Source: Candidatus Azotimanducaceae bacterium (GTDB lineage Bacteria; Pseudomonadota; Gammaproteobacteria; Pseudomonadales; Azotimanducaceae). Taken from it: 64,000 bases of DNA. The translations under genes and the position numbers were made by a program. The notes under the pieces were generated by a model. That model ran no database searches. It was given only the letters and a program-made list of their open reading frames with translations, and was not told the origin of the DNA. Shown here one piece after another: positions 1-12,847 of this stretch (the stretch's first letter is position 1; every line of letters starts with the position of its first letter). The stretch covers positions 1,352,022-1,416,021 of the forward strand of contig OZ246983.1 of assembly GCA_965232595.1 (NCBI GenBank), in the 5' to 3' direction.

Positions 1-2
1 TT

Positions 3-1658
3 CTCGCGGTGGCGGTGGGCCTGTTTACCGGCGTCGTCATCCTGCTGTTCCGGATCAGCGTCGAGTTTCTCGGCGGCTGGCTGCTGCCCGGCGACTCCGA
101 GTCGTTCGAGATGCTGTCCCAGGTCGAGCGGTTCGGCCTGCCCGTACTCGGCGCCGTGTTCCTGGCCATCTTCCTCAATCGCCTGCCGGCTGCCGATCGT
201 CGGGTGGGGGTGGTTCACGTGATGGAGCGCTTGAGCCGGCACCAGGGCCACCTGTCCGCGAAGAATGCCCTGGTGCAGTTCTTCGGCGGCATTGTCGCGC
301 TGGCGACCGGCCAGTCTGGCGGCCGGGAGGGCCCGGCCATCCATCTCGGAGCCGCCAGCGCCAGCCTGATGGGCCAGGCGTTCCGCCTGCCCAACAACTC
401 GATCCGGGTGTTGGTGGCCTGTGGGGCCGCGTCGGCCATCGCCGGCTCCTTCAACACCCCGCTGGCGGGCGTCATCTTCGCCATGGAAGTGGTGATGATG
501 GAGTACACCCTGGGCAGCTTCATCCCGGTGATCATTGCATCCGTGGTGACCACGGTGATGACCCAGTACCTGTTCGGCTCCCAGCCCGCGTTTGCGGTCA
601 CTGACCAGGAACTCGGCTCGCTGACGGAGCTGCCGTTCATCGTGCTCGCCGGCATCGTCGCCGGCTGCGTGGCCGCCTCTTTCAATCGCTGCGTACAGCT
701 ATTTGCCAGCCTGGCCGAGCGCCCGTTCTGGCTGCGGGCTTTGCTGGCAGGCGTGCTCACCGGCGCCGCAGCCCAGGTTGCCCCGGAGGTCATGGGCGTC
801 GGCTACGACACCGTGTCGTCCGCCATGCTCGGCGAGCTGGCGCTGACCACGCTGCTCCTGATCGTCGCCCTCAAGCTCGTCACCAGCGCGGCTGCTGTCG
901 GGCTGGGCCTGCCGGTGGGGCTGATCGGGCCGACCTTTGTGGTCGGCGCAGCGCTCGGCGGCGCCCTCGGTTATCTCGGCCACTACCTGCAGCCAGGCGC
1001 CGAGATTTCCATCGCGCTGTACGTGATGCTCGGCATGACGGCGATGATGGCCGCCGTGCTGCAGGCGCCGCTGGCGGCGCTGATGGCCGTGCTCGAGCTG
1101 ACCGCCAACCCGAGCCTCATGCTGCCGGCCATGCTCATCATCGTGGTGGCCTCACTCACCACCTCCGTGCTGTTCAGACAGAAGTCCGTTTTTCTCTCGA
1201 CCCTGGACACGCTGGGGCTAAAATACCCGCCCGATCCGGTGACCGCCCATCTGCAGCGGGCCGGCGTCATCGCCATCATGAACCGAGACCTGGCACGGCT
1301 GCCGGTGCGCTGCGAGCCCGCCGAGGCGCTTGCCGCCATGGCCGACCAGCCGATCTGGGTGGTGGTGGAGACGGAACCCGGTCAGGTCCGCTGCGTGTTG
1401 CGCGGCTCCGATCTCAGGGCTTACCTGGAGTCAGAGCCGGCTGTCGAGGAGACCGTGGATCTGCTGGAGGTTCCCGGGCAGCGGCTGGACGTCGCTAACC
1501 TCGACTACCGGGCAACGCTTGCAGAGGCGCAGGAAGTTCTGAACGAGCTGGGTACTGAGGCGTTGTGTATCCGCAGAACGACCGCGCCGATGATCGATAC
1601 GGTGCTGGGTGTGGTCACTCAGCAGGACATAGACAACTACCGGAACCCGGGAGCGTAA
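3..1658 (+). CDS. ClC-family chloride channel with C-terminal soluble (CBS-like) region; 5' end cut by window edge
   Basis: The frame is open to the window start. It has multiple TM segments, the ClC selectivity motif GGREGPAIHLG, and a C-terminal non-membrane domain. Confidence 0.85.
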   Translation, partial: LAVAVGLFTGVVILLFRISVEFLGGWLLPGDSESFEMLSQVERFGLPVLGAVFLAIFLNRLPAADRRVGVVHVMERLSRHQGHLSAKNALVQFFGGIVALATGQSGGREGPAIHLGAASASLMGQAFRLPNNSIRVLVACGAASAIAGSFNTPLAGVIFAMEVVMMEYTLGSFIPVIIASVVTTVMTQYLFGSQPAFAVTDQELGSLTELPFIVLAGIVAGCVAASFNRCVQLFASLAERPFWLRALLAGVLTGAAAQVAPEVMGVGYDTVSSAMLGELALTTLLLIVALKLVTSAAAVGLGLPVGLIGPTFVVGAALGGALGYLGHYLQPGAEISIALYVMLGMTAMMAAVLQAPLAALMAVLELTANPSLMLPAMLIIVVASLTTSVLFRQKSVFLSTLDTLGLKYPPDPVTAHLQRAGVIAIMNRDLARLPVRCEPAEALAAMADQPIWVVVETEPGQVRCVLRGSDLRAYLESEPAVEETVDLLEVPGQRLDVANLDYRATLAEAQEVLNELGTEALCIRRTTAPMIDTVLGVVTQQDIDNYRNPGA

Positions 1659-1662
1659 CGAA

Positions 1663-2097
1663 ATGGCCGGTGCCTATCTCTGGCTCAAAGCTTTTCACAT
1701 TATCGGCGTGGTGACCTGGTTCGCAGCCATGTTCTACCTGCCCAGATTGTTCGTCTATCACAGCATCACCGAAGACGAGGCGGGACGTGAGCGGTTCAAG
1801 ATGATGGAGGACAAGCTCTACCGGATCATCATGCGTCCATCGATGTTCGTGGCGGTCGGCTTCGGTCTCTGGACCCTCTACTTTTCCTGGGATGCGTTCG
1901 CCGGCACGGTCTGGCTCTGGGTGAAGATGGCCGGGGTGGTGCTGCTGCTCGGCTACCATCACTACTGCGCTCGACTGGTCCGTGCCTTTGCCGACGATCA
2001 CAGCCCGCACAGCGAACGCTTCTACCGCATTTTCAACGAGGCACCGGCACTGCTGCTCATTCTCATCGTGATCCTCGTGGTCGTTAAACCTTTCTGA
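1663..2097 (+). CDS. hemJ: Protoporphyrinogen IX oxidase HemJ (UPF0093 family)
   Basis: The N-terminus [29 protein letters not shown] is typical of HemJ. It is about 144 aa with 4 TM segments and sits next to hemL. Confidence 0.8.
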   Translation: MAGAYLWLKAFHIIGVVTWFAAMFYLPRLFVYHSITEDEAGRERFKMMEDKLYRIIMRPSMFVAVGFGLWTLYFSWDAFAGTVWLWVKMAGVVLLLGYHHYCARLVRAFADDHSPHSERFYRIFNEAPALLLILIVILVVVKPF

Positions 2098-2110
2098 TAT
2101 CGAGCCAACT

Positions 2111-3397
<1,287 letters not shown>

Positions 3398-3415
3398 ACC
3401 CGATACGGAACCGAT

Positions 3416-4411
3416 ATGTACGATGTCTACGGACTGGGTAACGCCCTGGTCGATATGGAATACACCATCGAGGACAGCTTCCTCACCGCCCACGACATTC
3501 CCAAGGGGCACATGACGCTGGTGGAAGAGCCGGTGATGGACGCCCTGGTGGCGGGACTCGACGGGCACGCGCCAACCCGGATGAGCGGCGGCTCTGCAGC
3601 CAACACGCTGATCGCCGTGCAGGGCTTCGGCGCCAGCACCTTCTACTCCTGCAAGGTCGCGGACGACGAGACGGGCCGGCACTTCCTCGACGATCTGGCC
3701 ACCGCCGGCGTGGTCACCAACGGCAACGCGGCCAGCGAAACCGGCAAGTCCGGACGCTGCCTGGTGCTGATCACGCCGGACGCGGAGCGGTCGATGAACA
3801 CCTTTCTCGGCATCTCCAGCGCTCTGACTCACCAGGAGCTGGACGAGGCGGCGCTCAGCCGGTCCCGCTACTTCTACGCGGAAGGCTACATGAGCTCAGC
3901 CGACGGCAGCCGGCAGGCAGCCATTACCGGCAGAGAGATGGCCGAGCAGGCTGGAGTGAAGACCTCGCTGTCGCTGTCAGATCCCAGCATGGTCGAGTTT
4001 TTCCGCGACGCGCTGGTGGAGATCCTCGGCAACGGGGTCGACCACCTGTTCTGCAACGAGGAGGAAGCGCTCACCTGGGCTGGGACCGATCGGATCGACG
4101 TTGCCGTCGCCGAGCTGAAAGACATCGGCCGCAACCTGAACATCACCCTGGGCGCCAAAGGCAGCCTGGCGGTGACCCCGGATGGTCAGGCGATGGTGCC
4201 AGGCTTCCCGGCGGAAGCGGTGGACACCACCGGCGCCGGCGACATGTACGCGGGCGGCTGCCTGTACGGCTGGAGCCAGGGCATGAGCGCGGAAGAAGCG
4301 GCGGGTCTCGGCAACTACGCGGCCGCTACCCTGGTCCAGGAGCTCGGCGCCAGGCTCAGAACCCAGCAGGCTTACTCGGAAACGCTCGGCGCCTACCGGG
4401 CGCTGCGCTGA
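3416..4411 (+). CDS. PfkB-family carbohydrate/nucleoside kinase, probable adenosine kinase
   Basis: It has the N-terminal GLGNALVD motif, a C-terminal DTTGAGD anion-hole motif, and is 331 aa. Confidence 0.7.
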   Translation: MYDVYGLGNALVDMEYTIEDSFLTAHDIPKGHMTLVEEPVMDALVAGLDGHAPTRMSGGSAANTLIAVQGFGASTFYSCKVADDETGRHFLDDLATAGVVTNGNAASETGKSGRCLVLITPDAERSMNTFLGISSALTHQELDEAALSRSRYFYAEGYMSSADGSRQAAITGREMAEQAGVKTSLSLSDPSMVEFFRDALVEILGNGVDHLFCNEEEALTWAGTDRIDVAVAELKDIGRNLNITLGAKGSLAVTPDGQAMVPGFPAEAVDTTGAGDMYAGGCLYGWSQGMSAEEAAGLGNYAAATLVQELGARLRTQQAYSETLGAYRALR

Positions 4412-5118
4412 TCAGCCAGATCCACGGGCAGCTCCGCTGCCATGCGGATCTCGTCCCGCTCGATCCGACAGCCGAAGGCGTGCACCTGCACGCCAGCGTC
4501 GGCGGCTGAACGCACGGCCGCGCCATAGGCGGGGTGAATCTCGTCCGCCAGCGTTGCCCGCCTGACCCCGGAATGCTGAACGCAGAACACGAGCGCTGCC
4601 CGCTCGCCGGCCTGCACCCGTCTGACAAGCGCCTGCACGTGCTTGAGCGCCCGCTCGCTGACCGCGTCCGGAAAGCTGCCGCGGCCATTTTCGTCGCAGA
4701 GCGTCATGTTCTTGACCTCCAGCCAGCAGGGCCCGCCATCGGCCGCTTCGAGCAGGAAGTCGAAGCGCCCGGCTTCATCGGGTATCACCGCCTCAGCCCG
4801 GGCCAGCTTCATGTCCGCGAAGGGCGCCAGAGCCTGCGCCTCGAGCGCCTCGCCGACCAGCTGGTTGGCCCGCGCCGTGTTGACTCCGACCCGACCGTTG
4901 CGGCTCAGCACCACTTCCAGGGTGTTCGGGTACTTTCTCTTCGGGTTGTCGGAGGTGGAGTACCAGGCTTCGGAGCCAGGCTCGGCGCAACCGAGCATGG
5001 CGCCGGTGTTCGGGCAGTGCACGGTCAGCGGCTGGCCGTCCCCGGTCTCCAGATCGGCCAGGAAGCGTTTGTAGCGTCTGATCAGCGTCGCGCTGGCAAG
5101 CGGCGGGTCGATCTTCAA
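4393..5118 (-). CDS. sfsA: Sugar fermentation stimulation protein SfsA
   Basis: The N-terminus LIRRYKRFLADL...HCPNTG is characteristic of SfsA. It lies in the conserved position next to dksA. Confidence 0.85.
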   Translation of the reverse strand: MKIDPPLASATLIRRYKRFLADLETGDGQPLTVHCPNTGAMLGCAEPGSEAWYSTSDNPKRKYPNTLEVVLSRNGRVGVNTARANQLVGEALEAQALAPFADMKLARAEAVIPDEAGRFDFLLEAADGGPCWLEVKNMTLCDENGRGSFPDAVSERALKHVQALVRRVQAGERAALVFCVQHSGVRRATLADEIHPAYGAAVRSAADAGVQVHAFGCRIERDEIRMAAELPVDLADQRSAR

Positions 5119-6290
5119 CCCGCCCTCCAGGCCTCGAGCGCCTCGCCGATCCGAGAGATGCCGAGGTCGATGTCGGCTTCCCCGGTGGTGTAGGCAAAGC
5201 GCACGTAGCGGTCGGCGAGATGGCTGCCGAAGTCGATGCCCGGCGTCACCGCCACCTGGTACTCATCGATCAGCCGCCAGCAGAAGGTCTCGGAGTCGAG
5301 CCCGGAGCTGCTGACGTCCACGTAGAGATAAAACGCGCCGTCCGGCTCCACCGGAATGCCCAGACCCAGACCCCGGAGGCCACTGGCCAGCTGATCGCGA
5401 CGCTCGGCAAACTGCTGCCGACGCGATTCGTGGATGGCCATCGCTGCGGGCTCGAAGGCAGCCAGGGCCGCGTGCTGGGCTATGCTCGACGGCGAGATGA
5501 ACAGGTTCTGAGCCAGCCTGCTCACCGGGTCGACGCAAGCCTCCGGCACCACCATCCAGCCGAGCCGCCAACCGGTCATTCCGAAGTACTTGGAAAAGCT
5601 GTTGAGGACGAAGATCTCCGGATTGACCGACAGTCCGGTCCGGTACTCCGGCTGCACATCTCCGTAAATCAGTCCCTGGTAGATCTCGTCGAGCAGAAAC
5701 AGGCCACCCCCGTCGTGCACCACCTCGATCAGCGCCTCGAGCCGCTCGCGGCTGACCAGGGCACCCGTCGGGTTTGCCGGTGAGCCGAGCAGCAGGCCCC
5801 GGGAGCGCTCCGTCCATGCCGCCCGCAGCGCTTCCGGCGTCAGCTGAAAGCCGTCGCTTGCGTCCACCTCGATCCGCGCCGGCACGGCGTTGACCAGGCC
5901 AACGAAGACCTCGTTGCAGGGATATCCCGGATCCGGCATGAGCAGCTCATCGCCCGGATCGAGCAGCAGGCCGGCGAGCAGCAGCAGGCCGCCGCTGGCG
6001 CCCGAGGTGACGACGATCCGCTCGGCAGGCACCTGCACGCCGGCGTTGGCCTCGTAGTACGCAGAGATCCGCTCCCGCAGGGCCGGCGTGCCGAGCGCCT
6101 GAGTGTATTTCGTGTGTCCTTCAGCAAGCGCTGCCTGACCCGCACTAACGATGGGCTCGGCGGTGTCGAAATCCGGCTCGCCAACCTCGAAATGGACAAC
6201 TTTAAGGCCCTGCTCCTCGAGCGACTTTGCCCGCTCCATGAGCTGCATGACCCGGAACGGGGCGATCTGATTCAGTCTGCGAGCGGTCAT
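5115..6290 (-). CDS. Class I/II PLP-dependent aminotransferase (AlaC/AspC-like)
   Basis: It has SFSKYFGMTGWRLGW with the PLP lysine, and an NPTG motif. I chose the internal start MTARRLNQIAPF (ATG at 6290), because the track ORF's N-terminal extension looks non-coding. Confidence 0.8.
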   Translation of the reverse strand: MTARRLNQIAPFRVMQLMERAKSLEEQGLKVVHFEVGEPDFDTAEPIVSAGQAALAEGHTKYTQALGTPALRERISAYYEANAGVQVPAERIVVTSGASGGLLLLAGLLLDPGDELLMPDPGYPCNEVFVGLVNAVPARIEVDASDGFQLTPEALRAAWTERSRGLLLGSPANPTGALVSRERLEALIEVVHDGGGLFLLDEIYQGLIYGDVQPEYRTGLSVNPEIFVLNSFSKYFGMTGWRLGWMVVPEACVDPVSRLAQNLFISPSSIAQHAALAAFEPAAMAIHESRRQQFAERRDQLASGLRGLGLGIPVEPDGAFYLYVDVSSSGLDSETFCWRLIDEYQVAVTPGIDFGSHLADRYVRFAYTTGEADIDLGISRIGEALEAWRAG

Positions 6291-6519
6291 CGGTCGGTCA
6301 GCAGCGTCCTGCGCAGTCACTTGAGGGGGCGCATGATGCGCGCTGGCTGCGGAGGCCACAAGAGAACGGCGATCTGCCCGTGAGCAGGGGCTTTTCTGGC
6401 CTCTGGTAAAGGCCACTTCGCCTATGGCAACGTGAGGCCCGTTCTGGTAGCTTACGCGCCCTTCGATTTTGGGGCCCGATCAGCGGATCAGGCCGTCACT
6501 GAAGAGGATCGATCTGAGT

Positions 6520-6978
6520 ATGGCGTCCACTGCACGCAAGAAATCTGCATCAAAAGCGGCCGACTCGCCGTTTAAGAATTTCACCCCCTACAAGCCCAAG
6601 AAAAACGAGCCCTACATGAGCGAGGGCCAGATGGAGCACTTCCGCGACATCCTGAGCAAATGGCGCCAGGAGCTCATGGAAGAGGTAGACCGCACCGTGC
6701 ACCACATGCGCGACGAAGCGGCCAACTTCCCGGATCCCGCCGACCGCGCGACCCAGGAAGAGGAATTCTCCATCGAGCTGCGGACCCGGGATCGGGAGCG
6801 AAAGCTGATCAAGAAGATTGATCAGACCATCGACCGCATCGACCAGGAAGACTTCGGCTACTGCGACACCTGTGGTGTGGAGATCGGCCTGCGCCGCCTG
6901 GAAGCCCGGCCGACGGCCACCCAGTGCATCGACTGCAAGTCGCTGGACGAAATCAAAGAGAAGCAGCTGCACGGCTGA
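6520..6978 (+). CDS. dksA: RNA polymerase-binding transcription factor DksA
   Basis: It has the coiled-coil region and the C4 zinc finger CDTCGVEIGLRRLEARPTATQCIDC. Start taken at MASTARKK (6520). Confidence 0.93.
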   Translation: MASTARKKSASKAADSPFKNFTPYKPKKNEPYMSEGQMEHFRDILSKWRQELMEEVDRTVHHMRDEAANFPDPADRATQEEEFSIELRTRDRERKLIKKIDQTIDRIDQEDFGYCDTCGVEIGLRRLEARPTATQCIDCKSLDEIKEKQLHG

Positions 6979-6988
6979 GCAGCCTGGC

Positions 6989-7852
6989 ATGACGTCTGCT
7001 GCGGGCCGGTTCGCACCTTCTCCTACCGGCCCGCTCCATTTCGGCTCCCTGCTGGCGGCCACCGCCAGCTTCCTCGACGCCCGCCAGCGTGGTGAGCGCT
7101 GGCTGCTGCGCATCGATGATCTGGACGTGCCGCGCAACGTCCCCGGTGCCGACGATGCCATCAGGCGCTCGCTGGACGCACACGGGCTGCACTGGGATGG
7201 TGCGGTGATCCGTCAGAGCGAGCGGATCGAGCGCTACCAGAGCGCGCTGGCCACCCTCGCCGCCTCCGGCCACACCTTCAATTGCACCTGCACGCGAAAG
7301 CGGCTGCAGGGGCTCGGCCCCTATCCCGGTTACTGCCGCGATGCCGCACATCCGGAGGGCGACGCAGCGGTCCGGGTGAGAGTCGACGATACGATCATCC
7401 GCTTTGCCGACGAGGTGGTCGGCGAGCAAGCCGAAGCGCTCGCCGAGTCGGTGGGCGACTTCATCATCCGCCGCCGGGACGGCCTCATTGCCTACCAGCT
7501 GGCGACCGCCGTCGACGACGGCCAGCCCGAGATCACTCGCGTCGTCCGCGGTCTCGACCTGCTCGACAACACGGCTCGGCAGATCCACCTGATGCAGCTG
7601 CTCGGGTTGAGCCCGCCCACCTACGCCCACGTGCCGATGGTGGTGCATGCGGACGGTCAGAAGCTCTCGAAGCAGACCCACGCCGCCCCGCTCGACGACA
7701 ACCGACCCGGCGACAATCTGCGCGTCATCCTGCCGATGCTCGGGCTGACGCCGCCGGAGGCGCTGCACGAACCGGCCGAGCTGCTCCGCTGGGCCGCTGC
7801 CGAGTTCTCCATGGCAGCGCTGCGGGCAGGGCCCTCCAGCTACCGTCACTGA
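6989..7852 (+). CDS. gluQ: Glutamyl-Q tRNA(Asp) synthetase
   Basis: It has the RFAPSPTGPLHFGSL (HIGH-like) and KLSKQ motifs. It is a truncated GluRS-like protein of about 287 aa immediately after dksA. Start at ATG 6989. Confidence 0.9.
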   Translation: MTSAAGRFAPSPTGPLHFGSLLAATASFLDARQRGERWLLRIDDLDVPRNVPGADDAIRRSLDAHGLHWDGAVIRQSERIERYQSALATLAASGHTFNCTCTRKRLQGLGPYPGYCRDAAHPEGDAAVRVRVDDTIIRFADEVVGEQAEALAESVGDFIIRRRDGLIAYQLATAVDDGQPEITRVVRGLDLLDNTARQIHLMQLLGLSPPTYAHVPMVVHADGQKLSKQTHAAPLDDNRPGDNLRVILPMLGLTPPEALHEPAELLRWAAAEFSMAALRAGPSSYRH

Positions 7853-7881
7853 GGCCGCTTTTTGTTAACATCCGCTTCCAC

Positions 7882-9140
<1,259 letters not shown>

Positions 9141-9144
<4 letters not shown>

Positions 9145-10454
9145 CCGGAGCTGAAGTACGGCGCCTGGATGCTGCGGAGCACGGCCTCACCGCGGAGCGG
9201 GTCAGTCCGAACGCCCTGGACGTGACCGCCAAGCTGCAGGAAGCGGGCTACGCCGGGCTGATCGTCGGCGGCTGCGTGCGCGACCTGCTGCTCGGCCATA
9301 CGCCAAAAGACTTCGATGTGGCGACCAACGCAACCCCGGAAGAGGTCCGGGACCTGTTTCGACGCTCCCGGCTGGTCGGCCGCCGCTTCCGGATCGCGCA
9401 CGTGCGTTATGGCCGCGAGCTGATCGAGGTGTCGACCTTCCGCCGCGCGGTCGCTGACGAGGAAGATGAGCGGGCCCATTCCGCTGCCGGCATGATTCTC
9501 CGCGACAACGTCTACGGCACCCTGGAGGAAGACGCTTTCCGCCGCGACTTCACCATCAACGCGCTCTACTACGACCCGCAGACCGAGGAGATCCTCGACT
9601 ACGTGGGCGGGCTGGACGACCTGGAAACCCGCCACCTGCGCTTCATCGGCGAGGCGCTGACCCGGGTTCGCGAAGACCCGGTTCGGGCGCTGCGGGCCAT
9701 CCGCTTCCAGGCAAAGCTCGGCTGCGAGCTCGATCCGGAGATCTCGGCCTGCCTGGCAGAAGCCGCCGATGCCCTGGCGGAAGTGCCTCCGGCCCGTCTG
9801 TTCGACGAGATCCAGAAGGTGCTGATGTCCGGCCAGGCGGAGCAGGCCTGGTCGGCGCTGGTATCCACGCCATTGCGAGCGGCTCTGTTTCCCGGCTGCG
9901 ATCCGGGTGACCCCCTCGTGCCCAGAGCGATGCGCAACACCGACGACCGGATCCGCGACGACAAACCGGTGACGCCGGGCTTCCTGCTCGCCGTGCTGCT
10001 CTGGGCCGACTACCGCGCCAGAGCCCGGGACCTCAGCGAAGAGCTGAAGCCGGCTGATGCCCGCATGCACGCCGCCACGGATTGCCTGGCCGAGCAGCAG
10101 CAGATCATGGCGGTGCCGCGCCGCTTCTCCCAGTTCATTCGCGACGTCTGGCAGCTGCAGGAGCGCCTGATCGCCCGACAGCCGCGGGCCATCGTCCGCC
10201 TGGCCGGACATGCCCGTTTTCGCGCCGCCTACGACTTCCTCCTGCTGCGGGCCGAAGCGGGAGACGGCAGCGTCGCCAGCGAGGAAGAAGCCGCGGAAAT
10301 TGCCGACTCCGCCGACTGGTGGACCCGCTACCAGGACGTCAGCGACGCCGAGCGGAAAGCCATGATCGAAGAACGGCGCGGTAGCGCGCCGAAGAAAAAG
10401 CGCCGCCGCCGGCGCCGGAAAAAGCCCGCCGCGGACGCCGGCCAGGGCGGCTGA
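9141..10454 (+). CDS. pcnB: Poly(A) polymerase I
   Basis: It has GGCVRDLLLG and DFDV nucleotidyltransferase motifs and a basic C-terminal tail. The putative TTG start overlaps the upstream stop codon (TTGA), so the start is uncertain. Confidence 0.9.
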
Positions 10455-10525
10455 GCAGGTCGTAAGCTAAAGTTCGCCAATCGGGCTATGGCTGCCGGAA
10501 GAGTTCTGGCAGACTCCTACCCTGC

Positions 10526-11239
10526 ATGAACAACCTTGCCCACGAGCCAGCACCCGTCGACGTGACCGCGGGATCGCGCCAGCTTCTGGCGGGCCGCAAA
10601 CTGCCTGGCTACATCGCCGTGGAAGGCCCCATCGGCGTTGGCAAAACCACCCTCGCCAACAAACTGGCGCAGACGCTCTCCTACTCGCTGATCCGGGAAC
10701 CGGCCAGCGAAAACCCTTTTCTCGATCGCTACTACCGTGAGGGCAAGCGCCACGCTCTGCCCACCCAGCTGTTTTTCCTGCTGCACCGTGCCGAGCAGAT
10801 CGCCGACCTCCGCAATCAGGACCTGCTGGCGCCGAACCTGGTGGCCGACTTTCTCATGGAGAAGGACGAGCTGTTCGCGCGCCTGACCCTGGACGACAAC
10901 GAGTTCGGCCTTTACCAGCAGATCCAGCAGAACCTGGCCATCGATCCGCCGAAGCCGGACCTGGTGATCTACCTGCAGGCGCCGGCCGATGTGCTGCTCA
11001 CCCGGATTCGAGCCCGCGGGATCGATGCGGAGCGGGAAATCAGCGCCGAGTACCTGGAAGCGCTCATCGATTCCTACACCGAGTTTTTCCACTTCTACAC
11101 CGACGCGCCGCTCCTGGTGGTGAACGCCACCGAGATCGATCTGGCCAACAACGCCGGTCACTTCGATGCGCTGCTCGAGCGGGTGGTGACCATGGATGGG
11201 CCCCGGCAGTACTTCAATCCCCACCCGCAGCTGATCTAG
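10526..11239 (+). CDS. Deoxynucleoside kinase family protein
   Basis: It has the P-loop VEGPIGVGKTTLANKL and dNK-family length and motifs (the DRY...FL region). Confidence 0.75.
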   Translation: MNNLAHEPAPVDVTAGSRQLLAGRKLPGYIAVEGPIGVGKTTLANKLAQTLSYSLIREPASENPFLDRYYREGKRHALPTQLFFLLHRAEQIADLRNQDLLAPNLVADFLMEKDELFARLTLDDNEFGLYQQIQQNLAIDPPKPDLVIYLQAPADVLLTRIRARGIDAEREISAEYLEALIDSYTEFFHFYTDAPLLVVNATEIDLANNAGHFDALLERVVTMDGPRQYFNPHPQLI

Positions 11240-11241
11240 CT

Positions 11242-12804
11242 GTGGCGCCGGAGTCCGCTCAGCACTGGAAGGCGCTGTCCCGTCTGGCTACCGCCCGGCT
11301 CGATGACGAGGCCAGGACCGCAGAGCTGCCGCCGCTGATCGTCGAAGCGGCCGGGCTCTACGCCGATCTCAGCAAGCAGCAACTGGATCAGGAAACCCTC
11401 GCCGCCCTGATCGGCCTGGCCGAGGAGGTGGACCTGAGAGCGGCCATCGAGCGTCAGTTCTCGGGTGCAGCCATCAATCAGAGCGAAGCCCGGCCGGCGC
11501 TGCACAGCGCTCTGCGGGCAGCCGACGGGGAGGTGCCGGAGATTGCCGCGGAAGCGGCCCGGACCATGGCCGACGTGCTCGACCTGGCCGAGTCGATCCG
11601 CAGCGGCGCCTGGCGAGGTGTAACCGGCAAGGCGATCACCGACGTGGTGCACATCGGCATTGGCGGCAGCCATCTGGGCCCGGAGCTGGCCGTGCAGGCG
11701 CTGACCCGGACCGACTCCGGCGGCCCGCGCATTCACTTCGTCGCCAACATCGACGGCGAGGCGCTGGCCAGCGCGGTTGACGGGCTGAATCCGGAGCGCA
11801 CGCTGTTCGTGATCGTCTCCAAGAGCTTCTCCACCCTGGAAACCCGGGTGAACGCAGAGAGCGCCCGATCCTGGTTCCTCGAGCGCACGGGCAGCGTGGA
11901 GGCCATCGGCAGCCACTTCATCGCCATCTCCACGAACCTGTCGGCCGCCGACGAGTTCGGGATCCCGGCCGCCAACGTCTACCCGATGTGGGATTGGGTA
12001 GGTGGCCGCTACTCGGTCTGGTCGCCGGTCGGCATACCGCTGGCCATGGCCATCGGCCGGGCCGGCTTCGAAGCGTTCCTGGCCGGCGCCAGAGCCCTCG
12101 ATGCCCACTTCAGAGCCGCGCCCTTCGAGCAGAACCTGCCGGTGCTCATGGCCCTGGCCGGCATCTGGAACTACAACTTCCTCGGCGTCACCAATCAGGC
12201 CATCCTGCCTTACGCCGAGCGGCTGAAGCTGCTGCCGGATTTTCTCCAGCAGCTGATCATGGAGTCGAATGGCAAGAGCGTGCACCAGGACGGCAGCGAG
12301 GTCTCGGTACACACCATGCCTATCGTCTGGGGCGGCCGAGGCACCAACGGGCAGCACGCCTACCACCAGTTGCTGCATCAGGGAACGCGCTCATTCGCCG
12401 CCGACTTCATCGTCGTCGCCGAAGATGGTGTCAGCGCCCGCGCCGGTAACTCAGCGACCCATCATCGCTGGCTGAACGCCAACGCCCTGGCCCAGAGTCA
12501 GGCCATGCTGCTCGGCGCCGAGTCCGAAGATGCGCACAAAAGGGTGCGCGGCGGCAAGGCCACCACCACCCTGGTCCTACCGGCTCTGACCCCTGCCGCG
12601 CTGGGGGCCCTGCTCGCGCTCTACGAGCAGATCGTCTTTTGCCAAGGTGTTATCTGGGACATAAACTCCTTTGATCAATGGGGGGTCGAGCTGGGTAAGC
12701 GCCTGGCGATACCAATCTTCGAGCAGCTCGGCGGCAAGTCGGCGCTCTCCCAGGACGCTTCAACCCGCGCCCTGATCGATCATCTGAGCCGCTCCCGGGA
12801 CTGA
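11242..12804 (+). CDS. pgi: Glucose-6-phosphate isomerase
   Basis: It has the GIGGSHLGP, VSKSFSTLET and ESNGKSV signatures. GTG start. Confidence 0.93.
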   Translation: MAPESAQHWKALSRLATARLDDEARTAELPPLIVEAAGLYADLSKQQLDQETLAALIGLAEEVDLRAAIERQFSGAAINQSEARPALHSALRAADGEVPEIAAEAARTMADVLDLAESIRSGAWRGVTGKAITDVVHIGIGGSHLGPELAVQALTRTDSGGPRIHFVANIDGEALASAVDGLNPERTLFVIVSKSFSTLETRVNAESARSWFLERTGSVEAIGSHFIAISTNLSAADEFGIPAANVYPMWDWVGGRYSVWSPVGIPLAMAIGRAGFEAFLAGARALDAHFRAAPFEQNLPVLMALAGIWNYNFLGVTNQAILPYAERLKLLPDFLQQLIMESNGKSVHQDGSEVSVHTMPIVWGGRGTNGQHAYHQLLHQGTRSFAADFIVVAEDGVSARAGNSATHHRWLNANALAQSQAMLLGAESEDAHKRVRGGKATTTLVLPALTPAALGALLALYEQIVFCQGVIWDINSFDQWGVELGKRLAIPIFEQLGGKSALSQDASTRALIDHLSRSRD

Positions 12805-12847
12805 CCCGACGTTCGACACCCCGCCAGTTACCTGAAAGGACCAGCTC

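Noticed and set aside
7282-7881. Long N-terminal extensions in the ORF track. Examples: the regulator from 7282, gluQ from 6818, glmM to 27210, aqpZ to 58325, truB to 18903 and copB from 50057.
   Set aside because: The extensions overlap the preceding genes, are Arg/Pro/Ala-rich low-complexity sequence, and the conserved family N-termini begin at internal start codons. The shorter coordinates are used.
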